A stretch of DNA of 64,000 nt, taken from the NCBI GenBank assembly GCA_964457245.1, contig CAYWET010000009.1, forward strand, positions 25,284-89,283, written 5' to 3'. Every line of letters starts with the position of its first letter. The stretch's first letter is position 1. This DNA is from an uncultured Chryseobacterium sp. (GTDB taxonomy: Bacteria > Bacteroidota > Bacteroidia > UBA10329). The position numbers and the translations under genes are program-made. The notes beneath the pieces were generated by a model. The model did no database searches. It was not told the origin of the DNA and saw nothing but the letters and a program-made list of their open reading frames with translations. Of this stretch, positions 47,551 to 58,244 are shown piece by piece.

Positions 47551-50500
47551 ATGAGCAACACCAAAAGATACTGGAAAGGGCTAGACGAACTGCACAACAC
47601 ACCTGAGCATCAGGAGTTGATGGAGAACGAGTTCATGCCTGAAGCAACTGGAAATTTGCTTGAGAGAGAAGATCTTGACGAGGGTAAGACCAAGCGAAGA
47701 GATTTTCTGAAGTTCTTGGGATTCAGTGTGGGAGCTGCCACTATGGCCGCTTGCGAAACACCTGTTACCAAGTCCATCCCTTACTTGAACAAGCCTGAGG
47801 AGATTACTCCAGGAGTTCCTAACTTTTACGCATCTACCTACTTTGATGGTACTGACTATGCAAGTGTTCTTGTAAAGACACGTGAAGGTCGCCCGATCAA
47901 GATTGCTGGAAACAAACTTTCTACGCTTTCTAAAGGTGGTGTGAATGCCCGAATCAACTCTTCTGTATTGGGATTGTATGATTCTGCTCGTGCAACTGGA
48001 CCATTGAAAGGTGGCGAAGCGAGCGATTGGGCAACTGTTGATGCTGAGATTGCTGCAGGATTGCAGAAAGCTGCTGATGCAGGTTCGCAGATTGTGATTT
48101 TGACAGAGACCATCATTAGCCCATCTACTAAGAAGGCTGTTGCTGAGTTTGCTGCCAAGTATGGTGAGAATGTGAAGCACGTAACGTACGATGCCATTTC
48201 TGCATCGGGTATGTTGGAAGCCAATGAGGCTTGCTTCGGAGTAAAGGCGCTTCCAGCAATTGATTTCGCGAAAGCAGAAGTAGTTGTTGGTGTAGGTGCT
48301 GATTTCCTTGGTACGTTCCCGAATGCTATTTCAAACTTGAACGGATACGGACAGGCACGCGACCCTAAGGGTGGTAAGATGTCTCGTCACTTCCAGTTCG
48401 AGACCAATATGACATTGACAGGTAGTAACGCTGATGTTCGTAAGGCCATTAAGCCAAGCGAAGCTGCATCGGTTGTTGTTGCTCTATATAATAAGGTAGC
48501 GAGCGCTACAGGTGGTAACACCATCAGTGGTGGAAGCACCGAGTATGACGAAGTTGTAGCGAAAGCGGCCAAGGAATTGGTTGCCGCTAAAGGCAAGAGC
48601 GTGGTTGTTGCAGGTTCAAACGACCCGGCAGTTCAGACCATCGTGAATGCCATCAATAATCTATTGGGTAACTACGGTGCTACACTAGACCTTGCCCGTC
48701 CGTTGAACTTGAAAGCGGGAGTTGATGCTGATATGGCACAACTTGTTGCTGATATGAAAGGCGGAAAAGTAGGTGCATTGCTTATCCACGGAGTGAATCC
48801 AAGCTACTCTTACGCGAAGGCTGCTGATTTTGACGCTGGTCTTGGTAAAGTTGGATTGACTGTTTCTTTCGGAGACCGTTTGGATGAGACAGGTTCTAAG
48901 GTAACTTACCTTACTCCAGACAATCACTACTTGGAAAGCTGGAACGATGCTGAGCCTCGCACTGGTTCTTACAGCTTGGTTCAGCCAGCCATCAGTCCAT
49001 TGTTTGACACACGTCAGTGGCAAGAGTCTCTATTGACTTGGGCTGGTAACAGTAGTGATTTCTATTCTTATGTGAAAGCCAATTGGTCTGAGTTGCACTC
49101 AGCCAACGGAAATACAGAATTGCTTTTCAGCGATTTCTTCAACACGGCTCTTTTCAATGGCGTTTACGATGCTGATGCATCTGGCGAAGCTCCTGTTTTT
49201 GCAGGTGATGTTGCCGCTGCAGCTGGTGCTATTAAGAAGGTTCCTGCAGGAGATTTCGAATTGGAGCTTTATGTGAAGGCCGGTATCGGTGATGGTAGCC
49301 ACGCCAACAACCCTTGGTTGCAGGAGCTTCCAGACCCAATTAGCCGTGTGACTTGGGATAACTACGTTACCATGTCGCCAGTGCAGATGAAGGAGATGGG
49401 CTTGAGCCGATTGGAGCGTGGTGATTTCATGGCCAATATCGTTGAGGTAACTGTCAACGGAACAGTGATCAAGGCGCCAGCTTATCCTTCTCCAGGTCAG
49501 AAGTATGGAACCATTGGTTTGGCCGTAGGTTACGGACGTGAAGGTGGCGGGAAATGTGCAGATGGTGTAGGTGTGAACGCCTTCCCATTGGCTAATGGCG
49601 GATTCAGCGTTGGTGCTGCATCAGTAAGTGCTACTTCAGAAGAGTATGAGATTGCTCAGTTGCAATCGCACCATACCTTGATGGGACGTGATTCCATCGT
49701 TAAGGAAACAACACTAGAAGAGTACAAGCACGACCCTAAGGCGGGTAATCCAGACGAGAAACTTTATGTTTCAAGCGCTGGTGCATCTAGCCATGGTGGT
49801 GGTCATGGTGACGCACATGGTGGCCATGGTGATGCTCACGCAGAAGAAGGACACGGACACGAAGAAGCTGCACATGGCGAAGGTCATGAAGAGGGTGGTC
49901 ACGATTCTTTCCTCCCTGTAACAGACGTTAACCTTTGGGATGACCATGCTATTGAAAGCGGTCATCGTTGGGGAATGGCAATCGACTTGAACAAATGTGT
50001 GGGTTGTGCTGCCTGTGTAACGTCTTGTACTTCTGAGAACAACGTTCCGGTTGTAGGTAAAGAAGAAATCAGAAGAGGTAGAGATATGCACTGGTTGCGT
50101 ATTGACCGCTACTATTCTTCTGACATGACAGAAGAGAAAGCCGAAGCAGAAGGCATCGGTGCTATCGATAAGTTCAGCTTGATGGAAGAAGCTGCTGAGG
50201 CGCCTCAGGTGGCTTACCAACCTGTTATGTGTCAGCACTGTAATCATGCTCCATGTGAGACGGTTTGTCCGGTAGCTGCAACTACGCACAGTGATGAAGG
50301 TTTGAACCAGATGACGTACAACCGTTGTATCGGTACGCGTTACTGTGCAAACAACTGTCCTTACAAAGTGAGACGATTCAACTGGTTCCAGTACCACAAT
50401 GGTTCTGAGGACTTCAGTAAGAACCCAGCTAATGATGACCTAGGTCGTATGGTATTGAACCCAGATGTGGTTGTACGCGACAGAGGTGTGATGGAGAAGT

Positions 50501-50766
50501 GTAGCTTCTGTATGCAGCGTATCCAAGGAGCCAAATTGCAGGCTAAGAAGGATGGACGTAAAGTTGCTGACGAGGAAGTTGAAAGTGCATGTGCTGAGGC
50601 TTGTCCTACCAACGCTATTGTATTCGGTGACCTGAATGACAAAGCAAGTTGGGTTGCAGGACGTGCAAGAGATGAAAGAAGTTACCACCTATTGGAGACT
50701 GTAGGCGTTCAACCGAACGTGTACTACATGACCAAGGTGAGAAACGTAGAAGTAAACGAAGCTTAA
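47551..50766 (+). CDS. actB: alternative complex III subunit ActB (molybdopterin-oxidoreductase-like + 4Fe-4S ferredoxin)
   Basis: 1071 aa; twin-arginine signal (RRDFLKFLGFSVGAATMAA), multiple CxxCxxCxxxC clusters in C-terminal third. Confidence 0.9.
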   Translation: MSNTKRYWKGLDELHNTPEHQELMENEFMPEATGNLLEREDLDEGKTKRRDFLKFLGFSVGAATMAACETPVTKSIPYLNKPEEITPGVPNFYASTYFDGTDYASVLVKTREGRPIKIAGNKLSTLSKGGVNARINSSVLGLYDSARATGPLKGGEASDWATVDAEIAAGLQKAADAGSQIVILTETIISPSTKKAVAEFAAKYGENVKHVTYDAISASGMLEANEACFGVKALPAIDFAKAEVVVGVGADFLGTFPNAISNLNGYGQARDPKGGKMSRHFQFETNMTLTGSNADVRKAIKPSEAASVVVALYNKVASATGGNTISGGSTEYDEVVAKAAKELVAAKGKSVVVAGSNDPAVQTIVNAINNLLGNYGATLDLARPLNLKAGVDADMAQLVADMKGGKVGALLIHGVNPSYSYAKAADFDAGLGKVGLTVSFGDRLDETGSKVTYLTPDNHYLESWNDAEPRTGSYSLVQPAISPLFDTRQWQESLLTWAGNSSDFYSYVKANWSELHSANGNTELLFSDFFNTALFNGVYDADASGEAPVFAGDVAAAAGAIKKVPAGDFELELYVKAGIGDGSHANNPWLQELPDPISRVTWDNYVTMSPVQMKEMGLSRLERGDFMANIVEVTVNGTVIKAPAYPSPGQKYGTIGLAVGYGREGGGKCADGVGVNAFPLANGGFSVGAASVSATSEEYEIAQLQSHHTLMGRDSIVKETTLEEYKHDPKAGNPDEKLYVSSAGASSHGGGHGDAHGGHGDAHAEEGHGHEEAAHGEGHEEGGHDSFLPVTDVNLWDDHAIESGHRWGMAIDLNKCVGCAACVTSCTSENNVPVVGKEEIRRGRDMHWLRIDRYYSSDMTEEKAEAEGIGAIDKFSLMEEAAEAPQVAYQPVMCQHCNHAPCETVCPVAATTHSDEGLNQMTYNRCIGTRYCANNCPYKVRRFNWFQYHNGSEDFSKNPANDDLGRMVLNPDVVVRDRGVMEKCSFCMQRIQGAKLQAKKDGRKVADEEVESACAEACPTNAIVFGDLNDKASWVAGRARDERSYHLLETVGVQPNVYYMTKVRNVEVNEA

Positions 50767-50786
50767 TAAAGACCAAAGCGAGATAA

Positions 50787-52163
50787 ATGGCGAGTCAAGA
50801 AGCTTGGATACGGGAACCTCTCATTTTAGGAGAGAAATCCTATCACGATATCTCCAACGATATCGCGAAGCCAATAGAGGGTAAGGCCAATAAACAATGG
50901 TGGTTGCTGTTCACCATTTCGCTCATAGCTATGCTGTGGGGAGTTGGTTGTATCATGTACACTATCGGTGTTGGTATCGGTACATGGGGATTGAACAAGA
51001 CCGTAGGTTGGGCTTGGGATATCACCAACTTTGTTTGGTGGGTTGGTATCGGTCATGCGGGTACACTTATCTCTGCGGTATTGCTATTGTTCCGTCAGAA
51101 GTGGAGAATGGCCATTAACCGTTCTGCAGAGGCGATGACCATTTTTGCGGTCGTCTGTGCGGCTCTTTTCCCAGGAATTCACATGGGGCGTATCTGGATG
51201 GCGTATTGGGTACTTCCATTGCCAAACCAATTCGGGTCACTTTGGATCAACTTTAACTCACCGCTTCTTTGGGACGTATTCGCGATTTCAACTTACTTCA
51301 GCGTTTCGTTGGTGTTCTGGTACATCGGTCTTATTCCAGATTTTGCTACCATTCGTGACCGTGCTGAAAGAGCAGGTCGTCCGATTACGCAAGCGGTTTA
51401 CGCTATCATGTCTTTCGGATGGAGTGGTACAGCACGTAACTGGCACCGATTTGAAGAAATTTCTTTGGTACTTGCTGGATTGGCAACGCCACTTGTACTT
51501 TCTGTACACACTATTGTATCCATGGACTTTGCAACATCTGTGATTCCTGGATGGCACACCACGATTTTTCCACCATACTTCGTTGCTGGTGCGATCTTCT
51601 CGGGATTTGCCATGGTACAGACGCTTATGTTGGTAATGAGAAAGGTGGTGAACCTAGAAGAGTACATCACTTTGAATCACATTGAGCTGATGAATAAGAT
51701 CATCATGCTTACAGGTTCTATCGTAGGTGTGGCTTACATTACTGAGTTGTTCATTTCTTGGTACTCGGGAGTGGAGTATGAGCAGTATGCGTTCTTGAAC
51801 AGAGCTTCTGGTCCTTACTGGTGGGCTTACTGGGCAATGATGAGCTGTAACGTTATCAGCCCACAGGTATTCTGGTCTAAGAAGTTGAGAAGAAACATCT
51901 GGTTCACATTCATCCTTTCGATTGTAGTGAACATCGGTATGTGGTTCGAGCGATTTGTGATCATCGTAACCTCATTGCACCGAGATTATCTTCCATCTAG
52001 CTGGAGCATGTTCTACCCAACTTGGGTTGATATAGGTATCTACGTTGGTACATTCGGTATCTTCTTTACGTTCTTCCTTCTTTATGCTAGAACGTTCCCA
52101 GTGCTACCAATTGCAGAGGTGAAGTCTATTTTGAAATCATCAGGAGATCAATACAAGAAATAA
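50787..52163 (+). CDS. actC: alternative complex III subunit ActC (NrfD/PsrC-like quinol-binding membrane subunit)
   Basis: 458 aa polytopic membrane protein following ActB. Confidence 0.9.
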   Translation: MASQEAWIREPLILGEKSYHDISNDIAKPIEGKANKQWWLLFTISLIAMLWGVGCIMYTIGVGIGTWGLNKTVGWAWDITNFVWWVGIGHAGTLISAVLLLFRQKWRMAINRSAEAMTIFAVVCAALFPGIHMGRIWMAYWVLPLPNQFGSLWINFNSPLLWDVFAISTYFSVSLVFWYIGLIPDFATIRDRAERAGRPITQAVYAIMSFGWSGTARNWHRFEEISLVLAGLATPLVLSVHTIVSMDFATSVIPGWHTTIFPPYFVAGAIFSGFAMVQTLMLVMRKVVNLEEYITLNHIELMNKIIMLTGSIVGVAYITELFISWYSGVEYEQYAFLNRASGPYWWAYWAMMSCNVISPQVFWSKKLRRNIWFTFILSIVVNIGMWFERFVIIVTSLHRDYLPSSWSMFYPTWVDIGIYVGTFGIFFTFFLLYARTFPVLPIAEVKSILKSSGDQYKK

Positions 52164-52176
52164 TCGGACTGATATA

Positions 52177-52701
52177 ATGAGTACGAAAGAAATACACGGT
52201 CTGTTTGGAGATGAAGAGGTGCTGAAGACCTCCGCCAAGAAATTGGTTGAGAAAGGCGTCCACATCAAGGATGTGTTCTCTCCGTTCCCGATTCATGGCA
52301 TCGACCCTATTATCGGAGTGCCGCCAACACGCTTGCATATTGCAGGTTTTATTTACGGCCTTTGCGGAACTTCGCTAGCCTTGTTCATGGTGTACTTCAC
52401 CATTATCATGGATTGGCCAATGAACATCGGTGGTAAACCGAACTTCTCGCTATTGGAGAACCTCCCATCGTTTGTTCCTATTGCATTTGAGATGACCGTA
52501 TTCTGTGCTGCGCACGGAATGGCAGTTACCTACATGATCCGAAACACGATCTACCCAGGTAAGAAGAACTGGAATCCTGACCTTAGAACAACTGACGACA
52601 AGTTCTTGATTCAGATCGATCTTGACGAGAACAGTGTTTCTGTGGAGGAGATTGAAGGAATTTTGAAAGAAACTGGAGCAGAGGAAATTTCTAAAAAATG
52701 A
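52177..52701 (+). CDS. actD: alternative complex III subunit ActD (DUF3341)
   Basis: 174 aa, two TM helices, conserved operon position. Confidence 0.75.
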   Translation: MSTKEIHGLFGDEEVLKTSAKKLVEKGVHIKDVFSPFPIHGIDPIIGVPPTRLHIAGFIYGLCGTSLALFMVYFTIIMDWPMNIGGKPNFSLLENLPSFVPIAFEMTVFCAAHGMAVTYMIRNTIYPGKKNWNPDLRTTDDKFLIQIDLDENSVSVEEIEGILKETGAEEISKK

Positions 52702-53297
52702 AGGCTTTGAAAGACAATATATCGCTGGTTGGAAGCGCATTGGTTTGCATCGCCATTCTTATGAGCTCCTGTACCAAAGACCCGAACAGTCCTGGTGTTG
52801 AGTATATGCCAGATATGTATCGTTCTCCGTCTTACGAGACGTATAGTGAGAACCCAATTCTGCCAGATAGCATGACGGCACAGAAGCCAGTTGCTGGAAC
52901 CATTTCACGTGGTGAGTGGCCATACAGCGCTAGCTTGGTAAATGCACTTCCTTACCCATACGAGAATACCTTGGAAGGATATGCTAAAGCTGGAGAAGAG
53001 TTGAAGAGTCCGCTTGAAGTAAATGACGCTAACAAGGCTGAAGGAAAAGTGATCTTTGAGAAGATGTGTATGCACTGCCACGGTAAAGAGGGGGCTGGTG
53101 ACGGTCAATTGATCGGTACTGGAAAATTCCCACCACCACCAGCATACAACGGACCTGCATTGAAAGAACTTCCTGAAGGAAAGATGTTCCACACGATTAC
53201 TTACGGAAAAGGTTTGATGGGGTCACACGCATCTCAGCTTACTAAAGAAGACCGTTGGAAAGTGATTCAGTACATCCAAGAGCTTCAGAAGAAATAG
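52698..53297 (+). CDS. actE: alternative complex III subunit ActE (monohaem cytochrome c)
   Basis: 199 aa; lipoprotein-like N-terminus (MSSC), CMHCHG haem motif. Confidence 0.8.
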   Translation: MKALKDNISLVGSALVCIAILMSSCTKDPNSPGVEYMPDMYRSPSYETYSENPILPDSMTAQKPVAGTISRGEWPYSASLVNALPYPYENTLEGYAKAGEELKSPLEVNDANKAEGKVIFEKMCMHCHGKEGAGDGQLIGTGKFPPPPAYNGPALKELPEGKMFHTITYGKGLMGSHASQLTKEDRWKVIQYIQELQKK

Positions 53298-53320
53298 AAT
53301 TAGAGAAACAGTAGCCAGAA

Positions 53321-54514
53321 ATGGATTATACATTCAAATCAAGCACTAAAAAGTTGACACTTGGCCTTGTGGGTCTTGGTGTCTTGGCCATAGTGTATGC
53401 GGTTCTTACGCATGTTCCTGGTCAGCGTATCTGGGCCAACTTGTTGGTCAATTCCTACTTCTTTGTAGGCATTGGATTGATGGGAACGCTCTGGATGGCT
53501 ATTCAATACGCATCTGAAGCAGGTTGGTCTTCAGGTTTCAAGCGTGTGCCAGAAGCAATTTCTCAGTTCCTATTGGTTGGTGGACCGATTCTGTTGATCA
53601 CGTTGATCGCAGGTAGCCACAGCTTAGGATGGCATCACATCTATCACTGGATGGATCCTGAGATCATGAATCCAGAGAGTTCACACTATGATTCAATCAT
53701 TGCTGGGAAAGCGGCTTACTTGAACGAGCCATTCTTCTACCTACGTGCATTGCTTTACGTTGGTATTTGGATTCTATTCACCATGTACTTCCGTAAAGTT
53801 TCTTTGAAAGAAGATATGGAAGGCGGTGTTGCTATCCACAAGAAGAACTACGGCTTTGCTGCTGCATTCCTTGTGTTCTACGGAGTTACTTCATCTACCG
53901 CTTCTTGGGATTGGATGATGTCTATTGACACACACTGGTTTAGTACACTTTTCGGATGGTACAACTTCGCTACGTTCTTCGTAACAGGTATCACGTTCTT
54001 TGCACTGTTTGTGATTTCATTGAAGCGTAACGGCTACTTGCCAGATGTAAACGAAGAGCACTTGCAGGATCTTGGAAAGTTCATGTTCGGAGCAAGCGTT
54101 TTCTGGGGTTACCTATGGTTCTCTCAATTCATGCTGATCTGGTACGCAAACATTCCTGAGGAAGTAACCTATTTCCAAGACCGTTGGAAGAACTACAAAG
54201 TGGTTTGGGGCGCATTGCCGGTCCTTAACCTGTTCCTTCCAATGTTATTGTTGATGGATAAAGCGGCTAAGCGAAACTTCAACATGATGACAATCACTGG
54301 TGTGATCATCATTTTGGGCCACTGGTTGGATGTTTTCCAAATGGTAATGCCGGGTTCAGTAAAAGCTGACTGGGGAATTGGAATCTTGGAGATCGGTATG
54401 TTCCTAGGATTCCTTGGATTGTTCTTATTCGTTGTACACAGTTCTTTGGCTAAAGCACCGCTTGTTGCTAAGAACCACCCATACCTCGATGAGGCAAAAC
54501 ACCATCACGTTTAA
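53321..54514 (+). CDS. actF: alternative complex III subunit ActF (second NrfD-like membrane subunit)
   Basis: 397 aa polytopic membrane protein after ActE. Confidence 0.75.
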   Translation: MDYTFKSSTKKLTLGLVGLGVLAIVYAVLTHVPGQRIWANLLVNSYFFVGIGLMGTLWMAIQYASEAGWSSGFKRVPEAISQFLLVGGPILLITLIAGSHSLGWHHIYHWMDPEIMNPESSHYDSIIAGKAAYLNEPFFYLRALLYVGIWILFTMYFRKVSLKEDMEGGVAIHKKNYGFAAAFLVFYGVTSSTASWDWMMSIDTHWFSTLFGWYNFATFFVTGITFFALFVISLKRNGYLPDVNEEHLQDLGKFMFGASVFWGYLWFSQFMLIWYANIPEEVTYFQDRWKNYKVVWGALPVLNLFLPMLLLMDKAAKRNFNMMTITGVIIILGHWLDVFQMVMPGSVKADWGIGILEIGMFLGFLGLFLFVVHSSLAKAPLVAKNHPYLDEAKHHHV

Positions 54515-54550
54515 TCTGGCGCTAAGTATTCGGTAAAAGAGAACTGAGAA

Positions 54551-55639
54551 ATGATCAATCTGCTTATTGCAATAGTTATAATCCTTGCCATCGTAGTGTT
54601 GGCCAAGGTGGCCCGTGTGTTTGAGCTGAGTACGGAGCTGAAAGGAGAGAACCCAGCAGAAGTCACCGCTAGCGATAACCGTACACAGTCTACGCTGTTC
54701 CTCGTTATGGGGCTTGCTTACTTGGCGTTTGCTGTATACTCATACATCGCTTGGGGAAAACACCTTCTTCCACCATCTGCATCTGAGCATGGTGCTGAAA
54801 TCGACAACTTGATGGGAATTTCATTTGGGGTTATCACTCCAATGTTCTTTATCACGCATTTGGTGCTTGTATTCTTCGCATTCAAATATTACCACAGAAA
54901 ATCTCGTACAGCAACCTTCTTCGCTCACAGTAATAAGTTGGAGATGATCTGGACGGTTGTACCAACCATGGTATTGACCACCTTGATAATCTATGGTTTG
55001 AGTGTATGGAATGATGTAACAAGCCCTGAGCCAGACGATGCGATTGAAGTGGAGCTTTACGCTAAACAATTCGATTGGACAGCCCGTTACGCAGGTGAGG
55101 ATAATGTACTTGGAAAGTCAGGTTATCGTCTTATCACTGCACAGAATACTCTTGGTGTTAGCGAGGAAGATCCAGCTAGCGCAGATGATAAAGTTGTTCG
55201 TGGTGAGATTCACTTACCAGTTGGTAAGCCAGTGGTGTTCAAATTTCACTCTCGTGATGTAATTCACAGTGCCTACATGCCGCACTTCCGTTTGCAAATG
55301 AACTGCGTGCCTGGTATGACCACGCAATTCCACATGGTTCCTAGAACCACTACTGCCGAAATGCGCAAAGAAACAGGCAACGATGAGTTCAACTACATTC
55401 TCCTTTGTAACAAGATCTGCGGTGGAGCCCACTACAACATGCAAATGGACATTATTGTAGAGTCTGAGGATGACTACGAAGCTTGGTTGGCCGAGCAGAA
55501 GACATTTGCTCAGACCAACGGAAATGCTCCAACAGTTACTGAAGCTGTTGAAGTTGAGGTACAAGAAGCAGAAGAAGGCGCTGAGGAAGTTGAAGAAGAG
55601 GGTGCCGAAGAAGAAACCGAAGAACCAGCTCATAGCTGA
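54551..55639 (+). CDS. coxB: cytochrome c oxidase subunit II
   Basis: 362 aa; 2 N-terminal TM helices, CuA cupredoxin motif H...C.KICGGAHYNM; acidic C-terminal tail. Confidence 0.9.
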   Translation: MINLLIAIVIILAIVVLAKVARVFELSTELKGENPAEVTASDNRTQSTLFLVMGLAYLAFAVYSYIAWGKHLLPPSASEHGAEIDNLMGISFGVITPMFFITHLVLVFFAFKYYHRKSRTATFFAHSNKLEMIWTVVPTMVLTTLIIYGLSVWNDVTSPEPDDAIEVELYAKQFDWTARYAGEDNVLGKSGYRLITAQNTLGVSEEDPASADDKVVRGEIHLPVGKPVVFKFHSRDVIHSAYMPHFRLQMNCVPGMTTQFHMVPRTTTAEMRKETGNDEFNYILLCNKICGGAHYNMQMDIIVESEDDYEAWLAEQKTFAQTNGNAPTVTEAVEVEVQEAEEGAEEVEEEGAEEETEEPAHS

Positions 55640-55663
55640 TCAATAGATTATTAAAGATTAGAG

Positions 55664-57448
55664 ATGTCAGATCACGCAGAACACGCAGAGCACGCGCATC
55701 ATCATCACGGGAAACCTGATTTCTGGACACATTACGTGTTCAGTTTTGACCATAAGATGATCTCGAAGCAATTCTTGGTCACCGCCATTGTAATGGGTTT
55801 TATCGGGATGGCGCTTTCCATGTTATTCCGACTTCAGTTGGGATGGCCAGGAGAGTCTTTCGCTATTCTTGAAACCGTTCTTGGCAAATGGGCTGAGGGT
55901 GGTGTCTTAGACCCGAATATGTATCTCGCTTTGGTTACTATTCACGGTACCATTATCGTTTTCATGGTATTGACAGGTGGATTGACAGGTACGTTTGCTA
56001 ACCTGCTTATTCCATTGCAAGTTGGGGCGCGAGATATGGCTTCTGGTTTTATGAATATGCTCTCTTACTGGTTCTTTGCAGCTTCTTCAGCGGTTATGGT
56101 GGCTTCATTGTTCATCGAGTCAGGGCCAGCATCTGCAGGTTGGACTGTTTATCCTCCATTGAGTGCACTTCCTGAAGCTATTCCTGGTTCAGGACTGGGT
56201 ATGACGCTTTGGTTGGTAAGTATCGCTCTGTTCATTGTATCGTCATTGCTTGGTGGTATCAACTACATCGTTACCATCATTAACCTTCGTACAAAAGGAA
56301 TGTCAATGGATAGAATGCCATTGACCATGTGGGCCATCTTCATCACTGCGATTCTTGGTCTACTTTCTTTCCCAGTACTTCTTTCTGCAGCGTTGTTGTT
56401 GATTTTCGATAGAAGTTTCGGAACAAGTTTCTACCTGTCAGATATCTTTATCGGTGGTCAGGCGTTGGAGCACACAGGTGGTAGCCCGATTCTTTACGAG
56501 CACCTTTTCTGGTTCCTTGGTCACCCAGAGGTTTACATTATTCTTCTGCCAGCATTGGGTATCACTTCTGAAGTGATCTCTACTATGAGCCGTAAGCCGA
56601 TTTTCGGTTACAAAGCCATGGTACTTTCCATGTTGGCGATTGCATTCCTATCGTTCATTGTTTGGGGACACCACATGTTCGTGACGGGTATGAATCCATT
56701 CTTAGGTTCTGTCTTTACGTTCACTACACTTTTGGTGGCCATTCCATCTGCGGTTAAGGTGTTCAACTACCTCACAACGTTATGGAAAGGGAATATTGTT
56801 TACTCGCCTGCCATGATGTTTGCCATCGGTATGGTTTCGACCTTCATTACCGGTGGTCTTACAGGTATCATCCTTGGTGACTCTGCATTGGATATCAACG
56901 TTCACGATACCTACTTCGTAGTTGCTCACTTCCACATTGTAATGGGTGCTTCGGCCATCTTCGGAATGTTTGCCGGTGTTTATCACTGGTTCCCTAAGAT
57001 GTACGGCAAGATGATGAACAAGAAGATGGGTTATGCTCATTTCTGGTTGACTATCGTATCAGTTTACGGGGTGTTTTTCCCAATGCACTACATTGGACTT
57101 TCAGGTGTTCCAAGACGTTACTATACCAACGAGGCATTCCCATTGTTCGATGCACTGCAGGATATTAACGTGAGCATCAGTTTGTTCGCATTCCTTGGAG
57201 GTATTGCTCAGTGCATCTTCTTCGTGAACTTCTTCTACAGTGTATTCAGAGGTTCTAAGGCTTCTAAGAACCCTTGGAAATCTAATGCACTTGAGTGGAC
57301 AACTGAGATTGATCCAGGTCATGGAAACTGGCAAGGTCCTATTCCAACAGTTCACCGTTGGGCATACGATTACAGTAAGCCAGGTGCTGACGAAGACTTT
57401 ATTCCTCAGACAACTCCACTTAAACCTGGAGAGGAAGAAGTCCACTGA
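55664..57448 (+). CDS. ctaD: cytochrome c oxidase subunit I
   Basis: 594 aa; 12 TM helices, haem/CuB histidines (WFFGHPEVY, HHMF). Confidence 0.95.
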   Translation: MSDHAEHAEHAHHHHGKPDFWTHYVFSFDHKMISKQFLVTAIVMGFIGMALSMLFRLQLGWPGESFAILETVLGKWAEGGVLDPNMYLALVTIHGTIIVFMVLTGGLTGTFANLLIPLQVGARDMASGFMNMLSYWFFAASSAVMVASLFIESGPASAGWTVYPPLSALPEAIPGSGLGMTLWLVSIALFIVSSLLGGINYIVTIINLRTKGMSMDRMPLTMWAIFITAILGLLSFPVLLSAALLLIFDRSFGTSFYLSDIFIGGQALEHTGGSPILYEHLFWFLGHPEVYIILLPALGITSEVISTMSRKPIFGYKAMVLSMLAIAFLSFIVWGHHMFVTGMNPFLGSVFTFTTLLVAIPSAVKVFNYLTTLWKGNIVYSPAMMFAIGMVSTFITGGLTGIILGDSALDINVHDTYFVVAHFHIVMGASAIFGMFAGVYHWFPKMYGKMMNKKMGYAHFWLTIVSVYGVFFPMHYIGLSGVPRRYYTNEAFPLFDALQDINVSISLFAFLGGIAQCIFFVNFFYSVFRGSKASKNPWKSNALEWTTEIDPGHGNWQGPIPTVHRWAYDYSKPGADEDFIPQTTPLKPGEEEVH

Positions 57449-57468
57449 CAACACAATATTTGAACAGG

Positions 57469-57500
57469 AAATGTCCTTAAGTAATTAAGGACATTTTTTT
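57469..57500 (+). terminator. intrinsic terminator ending the act-cox operon
   Basis: aaatgtccttaa-gtaa-ttaaggacattt perfect 12-bp stem followed by T7. Confidence 0.65.
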
Positions 57501-57518
57501 TGCTTTGAAGTTTGGTCG

Positions 57519-58244
57519 ATGGGATTGCAGAATAAACATCATTTAGCCACAGATGCACAGATTTGCACAGATGGTTTCACAGAGAATAGAATGAATATTC
57601 GCATTTCTACGTTTCTCCTAACTCCTAGCTTCTGGTTCCTTTTCTCGTTTTTCCTTTTTTCCTCTTTCATCTCGTCAGCTCAGCCAAGAGAGAATGAGAA
57701 GGTGAAATTCCTAGCGAAGATTGAGACGCGCAATTCATTTGTGCAGACGCACCATGCAACGTTTCTTGGTGTTCGAGCGGGTTTTGAATTCAAGTTTCCT
57801 ATTAGATGCGGTATCGGTTACTATTGGATGCTCACAAACTTTAATTCCAACTTCTATAAGCCATCTGATCATGGTCAGGCCGACCCAACAGCACAGCCCA
57901 AACTTCGATATGCAATTGGCTACATAGATTACAGTTTCTACGAAGAAGACGATTGGACGCTTTCTGTTCCTGTTCAGATAGGGGTAGGAGAGACGTTTTA
58001 TCGTACCGAAGAGGCCAATAAATTTGCTAATGGTCTTGTGGTGCCCATGGAGGCTGGAATTGCCGTAGAGTACCTGTTTACGCGTTGGGTTGGCTTTGGT
58101 GTTGGTCTCGGTTACCGTGTAATGCTCAAAGGCAATAAACAGGTAAAAGAGAACTTCAATTCACCGTATTACCAGATTCGATTGAATATTCTGTTTACCG
58201 AGATATTTAGAGGACTTAAGAAAAAGAAGAAAGATCAATCGTAA
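57519..58244 (+). CDS. hypothetical secreted protein, probable start at Met 57591
   Basis: 241 aa as listed; hydrophobic signal after [31 protein letters not shown]; possible small OM barrel. Confidence 0.5.
   Translation: MGLQNKHHLATDAQICTDGFTENRMNIRISTFLLTPSFWFLFSFFLFSSFISSAQPRENEKVKFLAKIETRNSFVQTHHATFLGVRAGFEFKFPIRCGIGYYWMLTNFNSNFYKPSDHGQADPTAQPKLRYAIGYIDYSFYEEDDWTLSVPVQIGVGETFYRTEEANKFANGLVVPMEAGIAVEYLFTRWVGFGVGLGYRVMLKGNKQVKENFNSPYYQIRLNILFTEIFRGLKKKKKDQS

Noticed and set aside
47581-50688. Multiple 80-200-aa minus-strand ORFs
   Set aside because: Antisense to actB, a long GC-balanced gene that often yields antisense ORFs; no support
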